A model generated the notes under the pieces. That model was not told the DNA's origin. It saw only the letters and a program-made list of their open reading frames with translations, and did no database searches. Position numbers and translations under genes: made by a program. Shown here one piece after another: positions 53,344 to 64,000 of a DNA stretch of 64,000 bases. The first letter of the stretch is position 1; each line of letters begins with the position of its first letter. The stretch spans positions 17,362,001 through 17,426,000 of the forward strand of contig NC_087252.1 in NCBI RefSeq assembly GCF_037042905.1, read 5' to 3'. Source of the DNA: Lytechinus pictus (lineage: Eukaryota).

Positions 53344-53757
53344 TATCATGTCACGTACGCTTTTCCATCTCTTTCGTTTTCCTGTTGATCAACGAGGTCC
53401 ATCTGTCATGTCTGTGAGTGCTGGGGCTGGATTCTGGAGACCTTTAATCTCTCTTTTTCTTATTTCCTTTTCTATTTTAATTTCCCCTATTTCCTTTTAA
53501 TTTAACTGGTTCATGCTCAAGTTGTTATTTTGATTTTTATATGCTATGCAACTACAAGAATATCTATTAGGAGGCTGCACTCTACAAGCTCCGCTTTTTA
53601 GTAGCCTCCTCCATTTCCAACATGATATGTAATAATCTTGAATATAATTTTTGTACAGGAATACTTGAAATATGTTTTGTTATTTATATGTTAAAATGTA
53701 CAAAATAAACTGTAATTGTTGAAAATGGAAATAAACGAAATGAAAATGAAAAATGAA
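53344..53757 (+). mobile_element. Same retroposon, copy 2
   Basis: Same start TATCATGTCACGTAC and same tail. Confidence 0.75.
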
Positions 53758-54764
53758 ATTAAAGGTGATAATACAAATTTAGTCAGTTTTGTTACAATTG
53801 TCCCCGGTCTCCCCTACATAACTATTGTCCATGGAACTCAAAAATATCTTTCAGGTAGAAGATTAAACTTTGTTTGACATACATCCCTTGGATCCATTTA
53901 CAATATGTATTAAGATATAACTAGTATGCCCCAAAACATATATCCCAAAATAGCCCGACAAAAACATATTGGAGATAAACACATAGTCCCGTAGGCAGAT
54001 AGGACTCTGAATTCGAGTTTAATTTAAATTCTGGGTTAAAGCCAGTTATGATAAAGCTCTCTTAAAAACAGTATAGGCCCACATGTTAAGGTTATCAGCT
54101 CATTTGACACTAAAATCATTCGTAGGAGTTCGGAAAATGGTTTTCTTCATCATTAAAGCATGGAAATTGTGCACAGTAAGAATGAGTCACAATTAGTAAA
54201 TAAAATTGACATATTTTTGGCTTCCCAATTTTCAGCTATAGAAAATGATTATGGCTATAAACTTTACTTAACCCGTTGTCTACTTAATTATGTAATTCTC
54301 AATAGCTTTGCACAGGGGCTATCCGAATCCAGTAGGTAATGGTTTAAGGCCTAGTTACACCGGAACCGAATCAGCTGCGAATCCATCCAAAAACACGTAT
54401 TCGGGCGCTTTCGGGAGTATTCTGTTCTTCCTAAAGCATCCGAAATTGGCCGAATTCGGCTAGAATCGGACCGAATTTATTCGGGAGAATTAGGTTTTGG
54501 TGTAACTCTGGCAAGAATGACTAATGTTGAAGGTTATAAAGTGAAGCTCCACCATTATAATTATATAGTTGAAGGTGACAATTGTTTAGCTGAGATCCAG
54601 GTTGATATTTCCGAGGGAGATTGGAAAATTACTTAGTACATATTTGATCTTTTTAATTCAATTTGGAAAATGAAGAGGATTGTCCAGACTATTCCATTAT
54701 ATTATGGCATGTAGGAGAGCGACGGAGTCTTTTCATCTTTCACTTCCCTTCTTAAATTCTACAG

Positions 54765-55573
54765 GTTGGAAGAAGAGCGTCTTTGCCTATCAAGATTCCT
54801 TACCATCCTGTAAACCAGGACAACATCTACACAACCCTACTCCTTCAGGCTTCTACGCCAAGGACATCTGGTTCTCAGATCAATGCAAATTCCGTCGGTT
54901 TACCAAGCCCGAAGTCTTACAATGTCTGCAGAACAGAGCAGCTCATATTTTTGGTGACTCCACTTCCAGGCAACTATACATTGAGCTTGCCAGTAGATAT
55001 AAACCTGAAATTAAAGCGGAGCCGCCAAAGGATAAAAGTCAATCTATTGCTGGACCACTGCATTCTAGAAGTACCAAATTTAATATTTCCATTAATTTCA
55101 AATTTCATGGTCACCCTGCCCGTCCGTCGTTTTTCCTTCGCAAGGATACCATCAACTATATTATCAACGAATTAGATGATCTCACTGTAGATTCAAGAAC
55201 AGTCGTATTGATTTGTGTTGGAACACATTATACGACTTATCCTTTGGAGATGTATGAAGAAAGAATGAGGGATATTAAAGCAGCAGTTCAGAGGCTTCAC
55301 ATGAGAAGTCCTCAGACACTTGTGATCTTTAAGAGCGCAAACACCCGTGAGCATGAAACCACGTTTCATGTGTTGCAGAACAGTGAGTGGTATATTAGGA
55401 CGTTGGACCAAACGATGAGGGCGCTCTTGAAGGATGCCCCCGAGTTGGCTTTCATCGACTCTTGGGATATGACCATTGCTCAGAACTTCAAAGACAATGT
55501 TCATCCGAACCAGAAAGTAGTCGTCAATCTTATGAATAACTTCCTTTCATATATTTGCCCAGTCGCGTCATAA
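54765..55573 (+). CDS. NXPE: NXPE-family gene, last exon (SGNH/PC-esterase domain)
   Basis: CTACAG| phase 1. Reads LPSCKPG...PSGFY..D.W...C...CLQNRAAHIFGDSTSRQ...FHGHP...GTHY...KSANTRE...DSWDMT...DNVHP...FLSYICP*. Catalytic GDS and DxxH motifs are intact. Confidence 0.95.
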
Positions 55574-55661
55574 CCAACGTAATATTTAGGAGTTTGCTAT
55601 GTTTCAGTCACGCCAACCAAACCAACTCCAAATTACCGATCGATAGATTTCATTGGAAATA

Positions 55662-55935
55662 CCCTCAGTACTGGAAATAACAAAGTGCCACACAGTGTGA
55701 TTACAGTGTGTTTACATAGTGGACGATGTGAGAATATTTTTCATACTGATAAAATGCTCAAATTCGACATGCAGCGTGAAGATATAACAGTGAGACTGTT
55801 CACATAGTCGACTATGTGAATATGCCTATTATATGCGATTCACAAAACCACTCAAATTTAACAGTATGAAGTTGATTTCACAGTGTGAACACACTGTGGC
55901 ACATATCGTAGGACACTGTGTTATTTCCAGTAGGG
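55662..55935. mobile_element. CCC...GGG MITE just downstream of the NXPE stop
   Basis: TACTGGAAATAACAAAGTG / CACTGTGTTATTTCCAGTA inverted termini flanked by TA. Confidence 0.6.
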
Positions 55936-58047
55936 TAATAACTCTCATCGGTCTGAGGTATGTTTTGTTGATGTGACTACTCAGGAAATAAACAGTGTCC
56001 CTATAAGTGTGTTCACGGCGTGGAACACAATGTGAGTGCAATTATGCTTATAATTTGTTCACCTTTAAGGGTGCAATTAAGTAGAATTAGTACTGAATTT
56101 GATGTACATTATTGGATTTAGTTAAAATTATTGTTTGAACTATGATAATGACATTATTTGGGGCTAACCTCGATTAGCATCTTGCTATTATGTTAGCTCC
56201 AATTACCAAATGCTTTGTTTAAATGTGATGTACTATTCCTTGTAATTGTACCTGACAGTGATATTTGGTCATAAAATTAAATTCAAATTCAATTCACTTA
56301 GCGATAGGCCTACTATAAGCACACTATGGAGTTGTCAAGTATTACGCACATTAAAAGGCGAAAAGTTGCACCTTTTAGTAATCAAATTTCCACCACTCAG
56401 TCAAACACATCAAGTAGGGCCTTTAAACCAAACGAGATTGTTTCTTTATTAGATATAGAAAGACGTTAAGTATATATATTCGTTCCAATATCAAAGTTTT
56501 TGGGTCATTGATTATGCGATGATAGCATACACCAAAGAGCTGGTACCTTTGGGGATCTTTAAAAGAAATCGGTGTGAAGTACCTCACGATAAAATCTGTT
56601 TGGAAATGAACATGGAAATGGACTTATTGTTGGAATATTCATCATGATCATGTACGTGTGTCAATTCATAATATTTTGAGATTGACAGTCTAGTATTTTA
56701 AAATAGGTGTTCCTCATGGATCTACCGTTGGTTCATTAATGTTTGGCCTAAATATGTATAGTTGTAATATCATGATTCTAATGAATATTCTTCTGCTTGA
56801 AACAAAACACAGTGTCACACAATTTGCTCACAGTGTCCAAAACATGTTCACATAGTAGACTACGTGATCGCAAAGATGTGGTTAACATTGCGAAAATGTT
56901 CAAATGTAAACTGTGAAGATAGTTGTACACTGTTGACGGGACGCCTCTATACTGTGTGTATTTGTAGTGTGTAGGCTACACATAGTGGAAGATGCGATTC
57001 GCATTCTTAAAATGATCAGGACTCCGTCTTAGCCAGCAACATATAAAATGCATGTTTGTTCAAAATCTTTTTAGATTTGATTTGTAATCATACACTCATT
57101 GTTTTCTTGAAAATTCAGTTTATTTGTCTGTGTTTACAAAGGACATCACGTAAATTTCTTGGAAAAAATATGACACTGTTGGATTTCGATATAGTTTAAG
57201 ATGCTCGCATCAATCATAACTCATTGTAAGACGGGGCCTTGATTTAAGAGTAGGCCAATGACGATCATTTCACATTTGTATTTTCTCTTTTTTTTTGTTG
57301 GTGTTGATGTTGGGTTTGGTTTTACCTCATTTGCATCTTTTACAAATCAAGATAAAAAAAATCTATTCTTTCGTCAAAACGCGTCTGAAGGATGTGGTAA
57401 AGTATACTCGAATATCGTCTAACATTCCAATATTAAAAAAAGTGTAGTGAGTTGTTCATGTCTTTCAGCCGTATGGATTTCAAGTTCGGTTTGTAGCGCA
57501 CTTGTCTCGGTCATGTTAAAAATAATTATTACTCCGGCTGTTGCTGACCATATAGCCGCTTATTAAGAATCCTACCATGTAGTCCCACCTGGGTCGAGTG
57601 CAGCACAATAAGAATAAATTCCTTGCTGAAGGGAATTAACACATAGCATTCGAGCCCATGAAACTTTACACCATGATGGTTTTATTTATATTTTTATGTA
57701 TGTATATAGTTCTTCATATTTATATTTTTAATGGCCCGCATTCTCCAGTCCAGATTAACTCAGGCCCTTGCCTTACTCTGTATGAAAGTTATGGGAAGTC
57801 AGATATTTCGAAATTGCATTTACATATTTCTATATTCACTTGGTTCTTTCTTCATGCCTTACAGATGAATATTTTTTTAAAGTAATTATTCCCACATCAG
57901 TTATGAAGGATTTAAGTGTTAGAATAATGTACTGATAAATTGAACTTGTCCCGTTTAGAGATATAGCTTTTACAGTTGGCTATCAATAGTTACACCCCAA
58001 CTTTAAACCAGAGTTTGAATTAAACCCAATTTCAGAATAGGGTCAAT

Positions 58048-58357
58048 GGCCCGCATTCTGAAGTCGGGTTTAACTTAAACTCAGGTTTAAATTTGTGGTT
58101 TAAGTATGGATAGCCAATTGTTACATAAATCACCAACGGTAGAGATATCATATTTCAGCTCATTTGGCTCTCAAATCATTCATAATTTTCTAGGAAGTAT
58201 GAATAGATGATTGTCTTAACCATCGATGAATCAGGAAAGAGCACAGTAAACATAAGAAACAGACAACTTATAAAAATTTTGACACTTTTGGCTTCCGATA
58301 ATTTTAGCACAGAGTTAGACCATGGTCTAAGATAAACCGGACTTCAGAATATGGACC
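58048..58357. mobile_element. Harbinger-type MITE
   Basis: GGCCCGCATTCTGAAGTCGGGTTTAACTTA...TAAACCGGACTTCAGAATATGGACC. The right half of a close copy occupies 1-151; diverged copies at ~57733-58044 and ~54000-54250. Confidence 0.75.
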
Positions 58358-58734
58358 AATATGTTTAATGATTTATCCTCTTTGTGCTGAACTTGACCAC
58401 GGTGAGGTGATCGGATATCCGGTAGGATTGCACTGAGCGCTTGGAAGCAGCAGCTCTAGCTAAAGCCAGTTTAAAATGTGCCTTGGAACAGCTAGCTCTA
58501 AAATTCATGGCACGATATGAAATTATATTACTGTATCTTTGTCGTAAAAAATATATTGCAATAAGTTTAATGTGCCCATGAAATATGAATTGGATGTTTT
58601 TTTAATGGTTGAAGGAATTAAAAATCTATATTTTATTTGTAAAAAATGAATCACTGTATTTTAAGAGGTATTAATTCTACTTTAGCATGGTAAAAAAAAT
58701 GTTGTTTTTGTTCAACTAATATATCAACTAGTCA

Positions 58735-61320
58735 AAAGTTAACAAATCAATCAGTTAGCCAATTAACAAACCTATTACTGAATCAAACAACCAATGAATT
58801 AATCAACAAATTCATTAACCAATACACATACCGATTAATCAATTGAAGGAGAATTTCACCCTGACAAAAAGTTTATTGTAAAAATAGCAGAAAGAAATAT
58901 TTAAAAATATTGCCGAGGATTTGATAAAATTCATCAAAGCATAACAAAATCATTAAAATTTTAACTTTTTTGATATGTAACGTCATTTGCGATCAGCTCT
59001 CCTACATGTCGTATGGTAAAAAAAAAATCAATGGAATGTCGTTTCCCCAGAAAATTGAAAATATGGTTTAACTGTACCTTCAGTATCAACATACAAACAA
59101 TTTCAGACCCCGCGTATTTTATATTACATAACATACGGGGCAGCTGCTCGTTTATGACGTCGCAAAATCCAAAACTTGGAATTCTAATAACTTTCTTAAT
59201 ATTTTATGACTTATCCTCAAACCTTCATCAATTTTGTTTTGCTTTTTTTCACAACAAACTTTTCTTCAGGGTGAACCAATAAATCAACCCATCAATTAAC
59301 CAATCAATAAATAAACCATCAAATCAATCAAGAAATAAAACCATCAGCCAAACAAAACATCAATTAACTAACTAACCAACCAACCAGCCAACCAATCAAT
59401 CAATCATCTTACCAATGAATCAACCAATCAATTAATCAATCAATCAACAAATATATTCATCAATCAACCAACCAACCATTCAATCGATCAACCAATCAAT
59501 TGACCAACCAACCAACCTATCAATCAAACATCCAACTAGCAATTCAATCAACAAATCAACCAGCCTATCAATCAATTAATGAATTAACAAATCTATTAAC
59601 CAATCAACCAACCAACCTGCCCACAAAGCAATCAATCATCTTACCAATCATCCGTTCAATCAATCAATAAACCAATAAATCAACCACCTAATCAACCAAA
59701 CATTAAATCAATCAACCAACCTACCTACCTACCATTCAATCAACCAACCAATGAATAAGTAAATAAATCCAATCAACCAACGTATCAATCAACCAACCAA
59801 ACATCCAACAAACCAACCATTCAATCAACAAATCTATTAACCTACCAGCCAACCAATCAATCAACCAACTAATCAACCAAACATAAAATCAATCAACCAA
59901 CCAACCTATCTACCATTCAATCAACCAACCAATGAATAAATCAATCAACCAATGAATAAATCAATAAATCAATCAACAAATCTATTAACCAATCAATCAA
60001 CAATCCAACCAACCAACTAACCAACGTATCAATCAACAAAACCAACCAACCTACCTACCATTCAATCAACCAACCAATGAATAAATAAATCAATCAATTA
60101 ATCAACAAATCTATCAACAATCAACCAACACTCTAATCAACCGACTAACCAACCAACCAACCAATCAATCAATCAATCAACCAACCAACCAACCAACAAA
60201 TCTATTAACCAATCAATCATCAAGTCAATCAACCAATAAATCAACCACCCAATCGTCATTTAACCAACCAATCGATCAACATGTCACTCAGTTAATAAAC
60301 CATTTAATCAATCAGTGAGCAAACCAAGCAATCAACCAATCAAAAATACATTAGAAAAACGACCTTATCTATCAAACAAGCAATCATTCAACCAATCAAT
60401 CGAAATATTCAATAAATTAGCCAATCAATCATCAATCAATCGACCAACCCATAATCAGATTATTCAATCAATGAATCAGTCAAAAACATAAACCAACTAA
60501 TCAATCAGCAAACTAAACAATCATCAAATTAAAAAATCTAATCTATCAATCAAGCAATTAATCAACCAATTAATCAATAAATAAATTAGCCAATCAATCA
60601 TAAATCAATTAATCAATCAATCGACCAACCCATAATCAACCAGATTATTCAATCAATAAATCAATCAAGAAAATAAACCAACTAATCAATCAGCAAACTA
60701 AACAATCATCAAATTAAAAAATCTAATCTATCAATCAAGCAATTAATCAACCAATTAATCAATAAATAAAATAGCCAATCAATCGACCAACCCATAATCA
60801 ATCAGATTATTCAATCAATAAATCAGTCAAGAATATAAACCAACGAATCAATCAGCACACTAAACAATCATCAAATTAAAAATCTAATCTATCAATCAAG
60901 CAATTAATCAATCAACCCATTAATCAACAAAAATATAAATCACAAACCAACCAATCATCAAATAAAAAATGTATTCATCAATTAATTAACCAGTCAATTG
61001 ACCAACCTAATAATAAATTATTCAATCAATCGATCAATCAATCGATCATCTTCATTAATCAAAGAACCAAGTAATTCAGACCAAACAATCATCAATTAAA
61101 AAAAATACAATCAATCAAGCAATGAATCAATCAACCAAATTAATTGACCGATCTATCAAGCAATCTTCAATCAATGAAATAATAACTCACTCAATCGACC
61201 AACTAATCAATCAGCCAAACAATCACCAAACCAACAGTCAATCAACCATCCAATCAAACAATCAACTCAGTACTCAAACAATCAATAGATCAATCTAACA
61301 ATCCAACAAACATTCAATAA
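58735..61320. repeat. (AATC/AACC)n compound satellite with higher-order units
   Basis: Tetramer-based array interrupted by a Kolobok-like MITE (~58845-59277); three ~165-185-bp near-identical blocks at ~60410-60910. Confidence 0.9.
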
Positions 61321-63124
61321 ACTTATTGATCCAGGGCATGACAATCATAGAACGAACTGGTTTTGTTGTCAATCTCAATCTTATATCCCATTTTCTTTCA
61401 TGGATGCACAGTGACACTTTGTTTAAAGCAAATAGAACACAATTTATTCATGCTCTCATATTATATGTACACATATCTACAGTATGTTTGATAGCCCACA
61501 AACTTGATGAAAAACTTGAAAAGTTATCTACATTACATGTAGCTCAAATGGAGTTCAACGGGTACATAATTTGAATAACAAGAAAACTTTCCAAGAAAAA
61601 GAGAAAAATTGTTTACATAAAAAAAAAATTATGCATTGAAATAGGGGGAAAAAAAATTAAACTCTGTTATAGATTGGGAATCTAGCCTATCCCAGTGCCA
61701 TTGTAGGGTGTCCTGGTGGGACGGGGCAGGGGATATGGTCGTCCCCTTCCCCCCTCATTTTTTTTTACTTTGCAATGCAACCTTGCCCTGTAGAAGGACC
61801 ACATATTTCACAAATTGCCACCTATGCTTCGTGCACTCTCACCCATAAGAAATCGTTGTTTGTTCTTACGCAAACAATATACTAATGATGCATGCACATG
61901 AGTTCATTATGCGATCTATCCTCACTTGAGTTGAGGCTCTGTTCAACCCATTGCACAAAACCGGCTGAATGCAATGGATTGAACGCGGCGTCAACGAGAG
62001 TGGATAGGTCGCATAATGGACGAATGAAGACATGCATCATTTGGGTTATACAACTTTTTGATCGTGTTATTTGAGAAAATAGAATAATAATTAGACAAAA
62101 AAGCAGATGGAAATAAAATGTATTTGCCTCTGTCTGGTAACTCATTTTTCTCTGATAAATGATTATTTTCCCCCTAAGTATGAAAGCAGTGTGCTATAAA
62201 GTGATTTGTGCATATACACACACACACACATACAAACAAAATGTACATACACTCCCATGCTCAGTGGTACACACTGAGGAGAGAGCTCAACCATGCAATG
62301 GAAAAAATAAAAAATGCACTGTCACCGTGCAATGGAAAATAAAATTTGCATGCAGCACGAAATGGGTTAAATATGCAGTGGCTTTTAACCAATCAAATGA
62401 CAAGAACCTTTGTATGAGTTGTATAAACAACATTAATTACATAATCAAAGCCGTTTGATTCTCATTGACTGACAGTCAAGAGTGTGTAATGAAACACTTG
62501 GGAAGGATGCTTGACAGTAGAGAATAGGTATAATTTGCATATCGTCATGTGCTGTTGTGTATAAAACATATGAGGGGTGAGGGAAGAAGCAATTTTGACA
62601 TTTTAAGATTGATTATTCTTATCTTCCAAGAATGCTTGCAAAATAAGAAATGAATATATCTTTCAGACTTCTTAGAAAAGGGGAGGTAGAATTATCCCCA
62701 TGTGCCGCCCCTGCACCCTCTTCTTCGTCCCCTTTATTCAATTAAATTTAAATAAACATTTATCTTTTTCCAACATCATTTTCCCCAATTGTTTTGTACA
62801 CAAGCCTTTGACGATATATGAAACTTTCTCTCCCTAACGGTGTTAGGCACCCTCGGCTTCCCCAAATTATACGAGATAGAGCATTTAAAAAAAATCAGTG
62901 TCCAGCCTTTCCCCTGTATTGTCTTGGACACAATGGACTACTCTTGTTGTGGTGGTAGCAATTTGGATGTGTCATCAGTGTGTCCGCACGGCCCTGCGAA
63001 GCAGGGGTGCTGAACCCCTCCCCCCAAGATTTTTCTGAGGACTGGTGTGTGCTTGAAGCTTGTTGATGTATTCGTTTACTCGCACAGAACACTATTTGCA
63101 AATCAGAACTTGGCTACATTAGAT

Positions 63125-63630
63125 TTATTATGATGTCACATATCACCCGACTGATTGCAGGATGCCATTTGGCCAGTAGGCCTACCGATTGTGGAGAAAC
63201 GTTACTGCTAATAATGCGCTAACAGAGGCTCTGTTACAATTGGTAATGTCACATTGATGCCTGATGTCACAATATAACTTTATTTACACCTTGCAATTAT
63301 CGTTTGACATCACTATCCAAAGGATGTGACCGGGTCTCCTATTGTTAGGCTAACAACGTTTCTGTGGAGCAGGTACTGATGAGTAGCTAACTATTGTGAT
63401 GTCACACGTCACCTGACTGTTAACAACTAGCTGATGGCCTACATTAGTTTGAAAAAAAATTGTGATGTCATACATGATTGGTGCTCTGATGCTTCGCGAG
63501 AGGTGTAGCTGACTACTGTGATGTCACATATGACCTGACTGCCTGGAGGAAGCTGATTGGCCACACAAGTAGTTAACCATTGTGATGTCACGTATCACCT
63601 GACTGCTTGGAGGATGCGGATTGGCTAGAT
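63125..63630. repeat. Degenerate ~60-65-bp minisatellite
   Basis: Recurrent TGTGATGTCACA.ATCACCTGACTG...GATTGG. Confidence 0.7.
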
Positions 63631-64000
63631 GAACCTGCATGTGCTCCTTGACTTTGTAAGAACCTCTGGAATGATTCAGCTTCTTTTAGCTCATCCTCAT
63701 CTAACAAAACAATCAAAGGAAATAAGATTAACCGACTGCCTACTGGAACCGGGCGATTCCTGTATAAAGTCTATGGGAAATAAAGAATTCAGTTGTCAAC
63801 GGGCTAAGGGACATGTCACATTACTTTCATTATCATCAATTGGGTCATAAAACAGACAAATTATACAATGTACATGAATCAAAGTTAAATGACGAAACAT
63901 AAGTAAATTAAAAACAAGAAAGTAGAGAATCACACAAATGGTTTACCATGGATGTAAAATCCAATGCAAGTACCGTTTTCCAGAGGCATTCAAGCCCTTA

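Noticed and set aside
63375..63400. CTGATGAGTAGCTAACTAT
   Set aside because: No GAAA after the short stem; part of the minisatellite.

Overview
AT-rich, repeat-dense metazoan genomic DNA, most likely an echinoderm (sea urchin); the taxon is inferred from SINE/MITE style and lectin features. Two spliced + strand genes can be rebuilt with consistent intron phases. (1) A 4-exon secreted protein: signal peptide + C-type lectin domain + C-terminal PAN/apple-like domain (10341-13869, ~268 aa). (2) A 5-coding-exon NXPE-family protein: type II membrane anchor, Ig/filamin-like domain, SGNH/PC-esterase domain (42082-55573, ~548 aa). Most of the rest is transposon debris: large foldback elements with TAG...CTA ends and 3-bp TSDs (Academ-like), Kolobok-, Harbinger-, hAT- and CACTG-type MITEs, tRNA-derived SINEs, CR1/L2-type LINE relics, Harbinger and piggyBac transposase fossils, and satellites. 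The most striking unannotated signal is RNA structure. A complete type I hammerhead ribozyme (14484-14557) and a minimal one (14270-14301) lie sense to the lectin gene, downstream of its stop codon and before the first canonical polyA hexamer. A third, co-varying minimal hammerhead lies at 30078-30112. Most of the supplied ORF track is noise from repeats.
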